From Campylobacterota bacterium (GTDB lineage Bacteria > Campylobacterota > Campylobacteria > Campylobacterales > JAADDX01), in NCBI GenBank assembly GCA_013153685.1, contig JAADDX010000072.1:1-48899 (forward strand): DNA of 48,899 nucleotides, given 5' to 3'. A model generated the notes under the pieces. That model was not told where the DNA came from, searched no databases, and saw only the letters and a list, made by a program, of their open reading frames with translations. Below, one piece after another: positions 9,340 through 17,888 of the stretch. The first letter of the stretch is position 1; each line of letters starts with the position of its first letter. Both the position numbers and the translations under genes were made by a program.

Positions 9340-10515
9340 TCAGTTCATTTTTGCTTTTTTGGAGATCATTAGCACCATCCCTATTGCTATGCTAAATGCC
9401 AACATACTACTTCCTCCATAGCTAATAAAAGGAATTGGAAGTCCTTTAAGCGGAAATAAACCAATAATTCCCATAATATTCAACAACGTCTCAAGCCCTA
9501 TCAAGATAGCCACCCCTACGGTGAATAATTTGTAAATATTATCATTGTGTGTTTTAATCTCTATTCTATTGGCAATTTTTAATATCCTCCATATCAAAGC
9601 AGCAATTAGCAATAACACAGCAAACACACCCACAAATCCTATCTCTTCTGCAATTCCAGCTAACACAAAATCGGTATGCACATCACTTAAAAAACCAAGC
9701 TTAAAAGAACCATTACCAATCCCAACTCCAAGCAATCCACCATTATGAATAGCATTAATACTTTGTCTTATCTGATAGGAAATATCCACTGTTGATATAT
9801 CTAGACTAAACCATTCTCGAATCGGCTTTGGTAATAAGAGGTATATGTTATACAAAGCACTCTTTACTCTCTCTAGTCTATACGACTTTTGTGTAATACC
9901 CACTATAAATACCACAATTGCCGCTATCATCAACACACCAAACGTCTTAGGTGATACTTTTGTAAATATCAACATAACAAAGAATATCATAAGTATCAAC
10001 AAAGTCTCCCCCAAATCACTCTGAAAAATCACCACATAAATCGCAGTAATACCCAGCACACCTAAATACGGAAAGATCGCCAAAAGTTCATCTTTGAGTG
10101 TGGTAAAGTTTTGTGGCAAAAGTTTGCGTGAAAAACTCCATGCAAAAAAGTATATCAACCCTACCTTAAAAAACTCCACCGGAGCGATACTAAATCCAAA
10201 CACTCTAATCCAACGTCTTGCACCTTTGATAACCGGACATATTCCAGAGAGGACGGGTGTGGGCATTAACACAATTACAACAGCCCCTACAATCAGCAAG
10301 AACCATCCGATTTTACCTATACATTTATCCGGATTACATTGGCTAAGCAGATACATTATAACCAAAGACAAAATAGAAAATACCAAAAATCTAATAAAAA
10401 AATGCCACTCGCTCCAACCAAATCTATTCTCCAAATATATTGGCAAAGAATAAGCAAATACAAGCCCTATCGCCATCAAAACAGATACAATGACATATAT
10501 CCACTTATCAGCCAT
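9340..10515 (-). CDS. SEDS family peptidoglycan polymerase (FtsW/RodA)
   Basis: 391 aa polytopic membrane protein. C-terminal region GLFPLKGLPIPFISYGGSSMLA is typical of FtsW/RodA. I cannot tell FtsW from RodA here. Confidence 0.85.
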   Translation of the reverse strand: MADKWIYVIVSVLMAIGLVFAYSLPIYLENRFGWSEWHFFIRFLVFSILSLVIMYLLSQCNPDKCIGKIGWFLLIVGAVVIVLMPTPVLSGICPVIKGARRWIRVFGFSIAPVEFFKVGLIYFFAWSFSRKLLPQNFTTLKDELLAIFPYLGVLGITAIYVVIFQSDLGETLLILMIFFVMLIFTKVSPKTFGVLMIAAIVVFIVGITQKSYRLERVKSALYNIYLLLPKPIREWFSLDISTVDISYQIRQSINAIHNGGLLGVGIGNGSFKLGFLSDVHTDFVLAGIAEEIGFVGVFAVLLLIAALIWRILKIANRIEIKTHNDNIYKLFTVGVAILIGLETLLNIMGIIGLFPLKGLPIPFISYGGSSMLAFSIAIGMVLMISKKAKMN

Positions 10516-11039
10516 TATTTATCTTTTGGTGTATAGGATTTGAGTCTCTCCGTCAGCACAGCCGCTTTGGTAGCATCCATTTTTGAAAAAATCTTACTCA
10601 AGACTTTTGGGGATAGCTTAGATAAAATATCAAGTGATGTATTCATATCCATATCCTGCAATATCTTAGCGGCATTTCCAGCACGCATCTTAGCGTAGCT
10701 TTGCACCAATTTAGAAGTATTTGCATTGCGAATTTCCTCTAAAATTTGTTTATACTTTTTGACCAATGCTTCGTTTTGTTTTTTGATTTGTTCTATTTTA
10801 TTAAGAGTGTCATTCACCTCTTTGAGCTTTTGATTGACTTTTTGCTCTTTTTTCTTAAGGATATTCATGCTAGCATCTTTAAGAGCAATAAACGCTTGCC
10901 TTTGTTCTTCGATCTTCTCAACCTCAGCTTCAAGCTCCGCTCGTTTTTGCTCAAAAATCTCATAACAGTTGATTAATTTACTCTTATCTACTTTAGCAAA
11001 CACAAACAAAGGCAAAAATACCGCCAAAAACACTCTCAT
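10515..11039 (-). CDS. MotE-like / MgtE-N-domain coiled-coil protein with signal peptide
   Basis: Signal-like N-terminus MRVFLAVFLPLFVFA, then a long K/E/Q coiled coil. The C-terminal MRAGNAAKILQDMDMNTSLDILSKLSPKVLSKIFSKMD resembles the MgtE intracellular N domain and MotE family. Confidence 0.6.
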   Translation of the reverse strand: MRVFLAVFLPLFVFAKVDKSKLINCYEIFEQKRAELEAEVEKIEEQRQAFIALKDASMNILKKKEQKVNQKLKEVNDTLNKIEQIKKQNEALVKKYKQILEEIRNANTSKLVQSYAKMRAGNAAKILQDMDMNTSLDILSKLSPKVLSKIFSKMDATKAAVLTERLKSYTPKDK

Positions 11040-11048
11040 CTACATCCC

Positions 11049-11846
11049 CTAAATAAAAATAGCACTCATATACCCTACTACATTCGTTTCATCATTAGTA
11101 GCATCACTACTTGTACGATAATCAACCACCAAAGATGACAGCCCAAGCTCATCGGCACTACGTATGATAGCCTCTAGCCCTATCTTTCCACACGCTTCAC
11201 ACTTAGCTAATTTGGTGATATCAAGGTCATATACAGCTTCTAGACAATTATAATCCAACTGCATTGCGACTGCTTTATTATAATAATGACTCAAATCTGT
11301 ACTAATTACAACAAGATTATCATCATTAATCGCATAATTAATCATCTCATGCAATTTCATAGCATCACACTCACTATACACCACCTCAACCACCAACGGC
11401 TCTTTGATGTAATGTGCTACAAAAGGCATCTGCACTTCTGTAGAGTGTTCTTGATGTGCTTGTGGAAGATATGCAAAGCCAAATTTATCTATCAATGTCT
11501 GTGAGTATTGTTTGTCCACTTGCAACGTTTTACAAGGAGTTTGATAGCCCTCTTCTAAAAGCACGCTAGCACCACTAAAAGCCACTTTATGGCTTGGTCC
11601 TATCACAATCACCCTTTTTTTGGAAAAATTCTTACACATTCTATATACGAAATTGGCACTAAATCCGGAATATGGCCACCCTGCATGAGGTACAATTACC
11701 GCTTTTGGCTTGAGTTTGAATAATCTATCTTTATTAGCTTGGTCAATATTTTTATCTAAGATTTCATTAAAATACTCAATAAACCGCTCCACTTCATTGC
11801 ACTCTTGAGGATAAAACCCTACATTTGCCATCTCTCTCATTGCCAT
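11049..11846 (-). CDS. MEMO1 / AmmeMemoRadiSam system protein B family
   Basis: VPHAGWPYSGFSANFVY, VIGPSH and the STDLSHY pattern are characteristic of the Memo-like family. Confidence 0.8.
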   Translation of the reverse strand: MAMREMANVGFYPQECNEVERFIEYFNEILDKNIDQANKDRLFKLKPKAVIVPHAGWPYSGFSANFVYRMCKNFSKKRVIVIGPSHKVAFSGASVLLEEGYQTPCKTLQVDKQYSQTLIDKFGFAYLPQAHQEHSTEVQMPFVAHYIKEPLVVEVVYSECDAMKLHEMINYAINDDNLVVISTDLSHYYNKAVAMQLDYNCLEAVYDLDITKLAKCEACGKIGLEAIIRSADELGLSSLVVDYRTSSDATNDETNVVGYMSAIFI

Positions 11847-13069
11847 ACCACCCTATTTCTTGTTTTTTTAGCTTCGTATAATTTATCATCAGCTATCTTA
11901 ATCGCTTCTTCTAAGCTATGCTCTCCAAGCTCACTTACTCCGATGGAAATTGTATATTGAATCTCTCTGTGTTCATAATCTACTATTTTAGAATTTTCTA
12001 CCGCTTTTCTAATTCTCTCCCCAATAGTAGCACCCACTTCAAGAGGACAATCATACAAGAATATTACAAACTCCTCACCTCCATACCGACATACCAAATC
12101 ATTCGCTCTAACATTTTTCAATAATACATTAGCAGTATGCACGATAACCATATCTCCTGTTTGATGCCCATACTTGTCGTTAATTTGCTTGAAGTGATCT
12201 ATATCACACATCAAGATAGTCACATCAGCACCCTCTCTTCTAGCAAGAGCTACTAGCTTTTGTGCTTGTTCAAAAAAGCTTCTTCTATTGTAAAGATTGG
12301 TTAGAGGATCTTTAAATGCCATGTCTTTGATTTTTTCTATCAAAATCAAATTTCTTACATTATTATCAATCCTACACATCATCTCTTCTTCTACAAAAGG
12401 CTTGGTAATAAAGTCATTCGCCCCTACTTTGAGGAGATTGAAAGCTACTTCTTTATTTGTATTTGATGATATAGCAATAATAGCAATCTCATCGGCATCA
12501 TGCTCTAGTCTAATATTCTCCACCAATTCTTTACCATCCATTTTTGGCATTTCATAATCGGTAATAATCAGCTTGATATCCGGATGTTCTTTGAGAGTTA
12601 CAAGTGCTTCTACTCCATTAGCTGCTGTAAATACATGTGCAAAAGGATAGCATTTTTTAACCAATTTTACATCAATCAACGTCGCAACTTTACTATCATC
12701 TACAACCAATATTTGCTTAGTTTTGAAATAATCAATAATTTGTAGCTTTTTGGCGATTTGTTCGTAATTGCTGTTTTTAATAATATAATCAACTACATTC
12801 ATTTGCTTAATTTTCTCTACATTATTATCATGTGTTTGTGTAAGCAAAATCACTGGGATAAACGGAAGAATATTGTCTTTGATAAACTTAAAATTACTAT
12901 GTTTGAGTGTCAAATCAAACAACACAATATCATACTCTTCTAATTTAGCCTCTTTAATAGCGGTTAGATTATTAACGACATCTATCTCAAAATCGCCTAT
13001 TTGTTTTTTCATAAACAACACCAATTCCGTCGAATACTTTATGTCATCCGTTGCACACAAAATTTTCAT
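11837..13069 (-). CDS. Response regulator diguanylate cyclase (REC-REC-GGDEF, PleD/CbrR-like)
   Basis: A divergent first receiver is followed by a canonical second one (ILVVDDSK...LIITDYEMPKMDG...ITKP). The GGDEF domain carries RANDLVCRYGGEEF, i.e. an RxxD I-site five residues before GGEEF. I chose the start at 13069 (AAAGGG RBS). Confidence 0.9.
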   Translation of the reverse strand: MKILCATDDIKYSTELVLFMKKQIGDFEIDVVNNLTAIKEAKLEEYDIVLFDLTLKHSNFKFIKDNILPFIPVILLTQTHDNNVEKIKQMNVVDYIIKNSNYEQIAKKLQIIDYFKTKQILVVDDSKVATLIDVKLVKKCYPFAHVFTAANGVEALVTLKEHPDIKLIITDYEMPKMDGKELVENIRLEHDADEIAIIAISSNTNKEVAFNLLKVGANDFITKPFVEEEMMCRIDNNVRNLILIEKIKDMAFKDPLTNLYNRRSFFEQAQKLVALARREGADVTILMCDIDHFKQINDKYGHQTGDMVIVHTANVLLKNVRANDLVCRYGGEEFVIFLYDCPLEVGATIGERIRKAVENSKIVDYEHREIQYTISIGVSELGEHSLEEAIKIADDKLYEAKKTRNRVVWQ

Positions 13070-13787
13070 ACCATGCCCTTTCGAAATATAATCCATTTGG
13101 TAAAGAGGTCTTCTTGTAAATTAACTTTTTTGCCTCTATTTGTTGTTGTAAATCGTTCAAAGTCAAGTTTTTATTAGCAATTTCTAGCAAAAAAGCGGTC
13201 ATTAATCTAATTTGACTTCTTAAAAACCCGTTTGCTACGAAGCGAATTATAACATAGTTTTTGTAATTTATGATTTGTGCGGAGTATATTTCCCTCACAA
13301 ACGAATGATTTTGGCTGCCTGTTTTGCAAAAATATCTAAAATCATGCTTACCTTGAATGATATATAATGCTTTTTGTAATAATTCCAGATCCAAATTATT
13401 AGCATACAATACATAAGGATAATTAAACGGCGTTACATGGTTAGTAATCACATAGCGATAACTTCTTGCTAGTGCATCAAAGCGGGAATGGAAATTTGGC
13501 GGCTTAATAAGCAATCTTTTTATGCGGATAAAAGGTGCTAAGAGATTGTTTAGTGCGTATTTAAGCTTGGATAAATCCGACCAAAAATCCGGCACAACAA
13601 AATCTATACTTTGATTAAGAGCATGCACTCCGCTATCTGTTCTACCGGCGTAATTAATACTTGCATGAATAGATAGCTTATCAAGGGCATAGAGGATATG
13701 ATCTTCGATTGTATTTTTATGAGGTTGAGTTTGCATCCCGTTAAATCTACTACCGTCATAACTAATAATTGCTTGTATTTTTAAAAT
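13044..13787 (-). CDS. truA: tRNA pseudouridine(38-40) synthase
   Basis: Catalytic GRTDSGVHA and RSYRY motifs. The conserved N-terminal KIQAIISYDGSRFNG lies upstream of the first ATG (13736). The start is therefore placed at an in-frame ATT (13785..13787) with AAGGA 7 nt upstream; see findings. Confidence 0.8.
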   Translation of the reverse strand: MLKIQAIISYDGSRFNGMQTQPHKNTIEDHILYALDKLSIHASINYAGRTDSGVHALNQSIDFVVPDFWSDLSKLKYALNNLLAPFIRIKRLLIKPPNFHSRFDALARSYRYVITNHVTPFNYPYVLYANNLDLELLQKALYIIQGKHDFRYFCKTGSQNHSFVREIYSAQIINYKNYVIIRFVANGFLRSQIRLMTAFLLEIANKNLTLNDLQQQIEAKKLIYKKTSLPNGLYFERAWYENFVCNG

Positions 13788-14761
13788 CGCTTAATCCTTT
13801 TTAGAGATAATACAGCCAATGTCAGAAATATAGGCGTAATTATCAAAATCGCATATAAATTTTTATAACTCACAAACGCCATAGCATAATAAAGCACGGA
13901 TAATACCAGACTATACGCTACGGCATGGTTTTTTTGGTATCGATTATGAAAAAAGCTGATACTTGGAATAAAGAAAAACATAATCATAGGAAAGACGGAA
14001 ATAATAAGATATTTATTGACTTTGGTTTTGTATTTGGTGATATATTCTTTAATAGACGTAAGTGTAATTGGGGTGATGGAAATTTTTTGGTTGAGATTGA
14101 AATGCTTAAAAGAAATGATGGAAATTTTATTGTGGTTTTTGTGATACAAACGCCCATTATCAAGTGCTAAGGTAAAGTAATTATCATTTCTGATAGTTGT
14201 CGCTTTATTAGCTAGTATTAAGATATGTTTGCGGTCGTTATATAGCACGATATCTTTGTATTTGTTTTTGTGTTTGTCTTTGATAAATACATTCCAATTA
14301 CCAAATTTCTGCCCCATACTTGAAGGGACAAAATTGAAATCTGATTCGATCTTTTTGGCATTGATGAAGTTTTTGTATAAAATTTCGCTTGTGGGGATAG
14401 AAAAAAATGTAATAACCAACAACAATACGGTCATTAATATGGAAATAAAGAAAAAAGGGCGAACGATTTGCTTGGGTGCTACTCCAGCTGAGAGTAGCAT
14501 GATTAATTCCGAATTTTCAAACAATCTTGCAATAGACAATGTCGCTGTAATAAAAAACGACAAAGGGATAGTATAGAAAATAATCTCCGGCAGTGTTAAT
14601 ACATATAAATACACAAATTCTTGGAAGTTGACCTTCAAAATAGCGGTCATATTGGAAATAGTAATAAGCAATACCATCGACGCAATTACAAATAATATAG
14701 AAAATAGCGTAAAAAATCCATTAAAAAAGTTGTTGATTAAATATCGACTTAGCCTATTCAT
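13781..14761 (-). CDS. LptF/LptG family LPS export permease
   Basis: 326 aa. N-terminal LSRYLINNFFNGFFTLFSILFVI, a periplasmic middle domain and C-terminal TM helices fit the YjgP/YjgQ family. Confidence 0.75.
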   Translation of the reverse strand: MNRLSRYLINNFFNGFFTLFSILFVIASMVLLITISNMTAILKVNFQEFVYLYVLTLPEIIFYTIPLSFFITATLSIARLFENSELIMLLSAGVAPKQIVRPFFFISILMTVLLLVITFFSIPTSEILYKNFINAKKIESDFNFVPSSMGQKFGNWNVFIKDKHKNKYKDIVLYNDRKHILILANKATTIRNDNYFTLALDNGRLYHKNHNKISIISFKHFNLNQKISITPITLTSIKEYITKYKTKVNKYLIISVFPMIMFFFIPSISFFHNRYQKNHAVAYSLVLSVLYYAMAFVSYKNLYAILIITPIFLTLAVLSLKRIKRF

Positions 14762-14785
14762 ATATTCCCTTTTGAAAATAAGACG

Positions 14786-14794
14786 TATTATACC
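14786..14794 (-). promoter_or_regulatory. Putative extended -10 promoter (TGGTATAAT) for lptF/G-truA
   Basis: Exact TGnTATAAT on the minus strand, 25 nt upstream of the ATG at 14761. Confidence 0.5.
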
Positions 14795-14883
14795 AAAAAT
14801 CTCACCAAAATTGGCATTTCCTCACACACCTATGACAAATCTTACAAAAGATTAAAAAAAATATAATAAAATAACAAAAAATA

Positions 14884-14892
14884 TGGTAAAAT
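14884..14892 (+). promoter_or_regulatory. Putative extended -10 promoter (TGGTAAAAT) for efp
   Basis: A TGnTAAAAT element lies 31 nt upstream of the efp ATG, with AAGGAG RBS downstream. Confidence 0.45.
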
Positions 14893-14922
14893 CACAGCAT
14901 TACTTTTTTACAAGGAGAATAC

Positions 14923-15486
14923 ATGGCATATAGCATGGGAGATTTGAAAAAGAATCTAAATATCGAACTTGATGGAGTGCCTTATAAAATTGTTGAGTAT
15001 CAACATGTAAAACCCGGTAAAGGTGCGGCATTTGTAAGGACTAAAATCAAATCTTTACTTGATGGAAGAGTTATCGAAAAAACATTTCATGCAGGAGATA
15101 AAGCCGATGAACCAAACTTAGAGAGAAAAAAACATCAATATTCATACAACGAAGACGATATGTATTATTTCATGGATGCTGAGACGTATGATATGCTCTC
15201 TTTACCAAAAAACCTAATTGAATATGAAGTGCAATTTTTATTAGACGGTATGGAAGTGGAGATTAATTTCCACAACAACAAACCAATCGGGATAGAGCTA
15301 CCAGGAACTGTAGTACTAGAGATAGTAGATACCACTCCTTCAAGCAAGGGAGATAGACAAGGTGCATGTAGAAAACCAGCTGTGGTAAATACGGGTGCTA
15401 CAATCACGATTCCATGTCATATCAATACCGGTGATAAGATCAAAGTAGATACAAAAACCGGAGAATATGTCGAAAGAGTGAAATAA
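14923..15486 (+). CDS. efp: Elongation factor P
   Basis: Full-length match to the EF-P pattern, including VKPGKGAAFVRTK (Lys-type loop). AAGGAG RBS. Confidence 0.95.
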   Translation: MAYSMGDLKKNLNIELDGVPYKIVEYQHVKPGKGAAFVRTKIKSLLDGRVIEKTFHAGDKADEPNLERKKHQYSYNEDDMYYFMDAETYDMLSLPKNLIEYEVQFLLDGMEVEINFHNNKPIGIELPGTVVLEIVDTTPSSKGDRQGACRKPAVVNTGATITIPCHINTGDKIKVDTKTGEYVERVK

Positions 15487-15499
15487 AACTCAAATTTTA

Positions 15500-15508
15500 T
15501 GTTATAAT
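15500..15508 (+). promoter_or_regulatory. Putative extended -10 promoter (TGTTATAAT) for the siaC-like/siaB-like/thiL block
   Basis: Exact TGnTATAAT in the 52-nt efp to siaC-like spacer, 31 nt upstream of the ATG at 15539. Confidence 0.5.
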
Positions 15509-15538
15509 AACGCTAAAAAACTAAAATAAAGGACGGTT

Positions 15539-15925
15539 ATGGAGAATTTACACATCGAAGCAACGAAATATACCCCAGAGATAAATTTGGATGCCGAAAA
15601 AGGTATTATAGATATTAGAGGAAAGTCGTATCCGGAGAATACGTTTGAATTTTATGAGCCTATGATGGAGTGGGTTAAAAAATATTTTGAGTGTTGTGCA
15701 AAAGATGAGACAATAGTAAATATGGAAATTATCTATTTCAACTCAAGTAGTTCTAAGTTATTTTTCGATTTCTTTGATTTATTAGATGAAGTAAAAGACG
15801 AGCACAAAGTTGTGGTAAATTGGATTTATGATGAAGAGAATGAGAGTGCTGAAGAAGCGGGGGAAGACTTTATAGAGGATTTCGAGGATTTAGATATTAG
15901 ATTAGTTCCAAAGCAACAAGACTAA
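15539..15925 (+). CDS. SiaC-like regulatory phosphoprotein (DUF1987)
   Basis: TPEINLDAEKGIIDIRGKSYPENTFEFYEPMMEWV and IIYFNSSSSKLFFDFF match the DUF1987/SiaC pattern as I recall it. Acidic C-terminus. Confidence 0.75.
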   Translation: MENLHIEATKYTPEINLDAEKGIIDIRGKSYPENTFEFYEPMMEWVKKYFECCAKDETIVNMEIIYFNSSSSKLFFDFFDLLDEVKDEHKVVVNWIYDEENESAEEAGEDFIEDFEDLDIRLVPKQQD

Positions 15926-15947
15926 TTGGCAATTCCAAGGAAATAAA

Positions 15948-16508
15948 ATGCATGACCTTACTAACTTAGAGAAAGCTTTGAATGACGATGGTATTGTTTT
16001 TCTAACCTATGGGGGTATCTTTACGCAAAGCTTAATAGTAGGAATGACTGAAGCTTTAGAAAAAGAAACGGAGCAAGATTTATCGATAAAAACCGCCGGA
16101 AATATTTTTACTATTTTTATTGAGTTATCTCAAAATATGATGAACTACTCTAAAAAAGTAGAAAAAGAAGGATTTGATCCTAAAGGGTTGATTATTGTCG
16201 GAAAGAAAAAACTCGATGATGTGGATATGTATTATATCCTCAGTAGAAATATTATCGATGCAAAAGATAAAGATAAAATAGAGCCGAAATTAAAACAGAT
16301 CCTAAGTTCAACAAAAGACGAGATTAAAAAACTATACAGAGAAGCCAGAAGAAGCGGCAAAGATACACACAGCAAAGGTGGTGGAATCGGATTTTATGAA
16401 ATTGCTAAAAGATGCGACAAGATAGAATACGAATTCATCCCTCTTAACGATACCAAAGATAGATACTATTTCATATTCGTAGCGTATGTAAAACAACATA
16501 AAAAATGA
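15948..16508 (+). CDS. SiaB-like GHKL-type serine/threonine protein kinase
   Basis: Size and position directly downstream of DUF1987. N-box-like ELSQNMMNY and glycine-rich ATP-lid GGGIGFYEIAKR, as in anti-sigma-factor-type kinases. Confidence 0.65.
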   Translation: MHDLTNLEKALNDDGIVFLTYGGIFTQSLIVGMTEALEKETEQDLSIKTAGNIFTIFIELSQNMMNYSKKVEKEGFDPKGLIIVGKKKLDDVDMYYILSRNIIDAKDKDKIEPKLKQILSSTKDEIKKLYREARRSGKDTHSKGGGIGFYEIAKRCDKIEYEFIPLNDTKDRYYFIFVAYVKQHKK

Positions 16509-17338
16509 CAAACAAAGAAGAATTTTTCATCTCCCTTGTATCTTCTTCTACACCGTTAATAGGCGATGACGGTGCTGTGGATGGAGAGTATGTATATACT
16601 CAAGACGCCTTTTGTGAGAATGTCCATTTCAAATCCTCATGGTTAACATACAAACAAATTGCAATCAAAGCTAGTTTGATTAATATTTCAGATGTTATAG
16701 CGATGAATGCCACACCCAAGTACGCTCTCCTCACTCTTGCAATGCCAAAAACCATCACCAAATCTCAAATCACGCAACTATATAACGGTTTTATGCAATG
16801 TGCCAAACAATACAATTATCAAATCATCGGTGGAGATACTATCCAAAACGACAAACTAGATATCACCATGACATTTATCTCAACTACCAAAAAACCAATC
16901 TTTAGAAATAATGTAAAAAATGACGATATTATCTGTTTTAGTGGAAATTTAGGAAATGTTAGCAAAGATTTACATGCCCTATTTCGCGGTAAAAAAATCA
17001 AATCAACATCCAAGTTCATCACTCCACACATCAGAGATAAATTTATGCAAAAAGCAAGCAGATACATAAATAGTGCATTAGATATCAGCGATGGGTTATC
17101 AAAAGAACTAGAAAGATTAAGTAAAGCCAATAAAATAGGATTTGATTTTAAGGTAAAATTAAACAAAGATATTCTATGTAGCGGCGAGGAGTATGAATTG
17201 CTCTTTAGTGTTAGTAGGAGAAATTTGGCGTATATTCTTAATATAGCCAAACGCACCAAAACACCAATTACCGTATTAGCCATTGCCAAAAAAGGATACA
17301 AATACAAATCAATATGCAAGGAGAATCACTTTGATTAA
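16505..17338 (+). CDS. thiL: Thiamine-monophosphate kinase
   Basis: IGDDGAV, QIIGGDT and LDISDGL motifs of the AIR-synthase-like ThiL family. The ATG overlaps the upstream stop (ATGA). Confidence 0.85.
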   Translation: MTNKEEFFISLVSSSTPLIGDDGAVDGEYVYTQDAFCENVHFKSSWLTYKQIAIKASLINISDVIAMNATPKYALLTLAMPKTITKSQITQLYNGFMQCAKQYNYQIIGGDTIQNDKLDITMTFISTTKKPIFRNNVKNDDIICFSGNLGNVSKDLHALFRGKKIKSTSKFITPHIRDKFMQKASRYINSALDISDGLSKELERLSKANKIGFDFKVKLNKDILCSGEEYELLFSVSRRNLAYILNIAKRTKTPITVLAIAKKGYKYKSICKENHFD

Positions 17339-17888
17339 AATCAACAAAATAGAAGAGATGTGTAGGGGAAAATTTATATCTTTAAAGAAGTTATATTTCA
17401 CTCAAGATAATGTAGAAAAAATCTGGGAGATAGCTAGTATATACGATAGCGTGGCGGTATTGATTTATAATACCACACAAGAAGCTTTTGTATTGGTAAA
17501 ACAATTCAGACCGCCAGTATTTCTAAAAAACAACGACGGCTTTACGTACGAATTGTGTGCAGGGATTTGTGATAAAGATATCCCTCTATCACAAATAGCT
17601 ATCGAAGAAGTGTATGAAGAGACGGGTTATAAAATAGATGGTGTTGAGAAAATCAATTCATTTTGGACAGCAGTAGGTAGTGCTGGAGCCAAACAAACAC
17701 TCTTTTATGCGGAAGTTACGGATGATGATAGAGTAAATGCTGGAGGAGGGATAGATAATGAGAAAATAGAAGTCATCCACCTTGCAAAAACACAGCTTCA
17801 AAACTTCATGGAGGATGAAAATATAGTAAAAACACCAGGATTATTGTACGCAATAGAGTGGTGGCTAAATAAGGATAAAAAATGCTAG
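17331..17888 (+). CDS. NUDIX hydrolase (ADP-sugar / UDP-sugar diphosphatase-like)
   Basis: Nudix box GICDKDIPLSQIAIEEVYEETGY. TTG at 17331 is preceded by AAGGAG with a 7-nt spacer. An ATG at 17358 is an alternative start. Confidence 0.8.
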   Translation: MIKINKIEEMCRGKFISLKKLYFTQDNVEKIWEIASIYDSVAVLIYNTTQEAFVLVKQFRPPVFLKNNDGFTYELCAGICDKDIPLSQIAIEEVYEETGYKIDGVEKINSFWTAVGSAGAKQTLFYAEVTDDDRVNAGGGIDNEKIEVIHLAKTQLQNFMEDENIVKTPGLLYAIEWWLNKDKKC

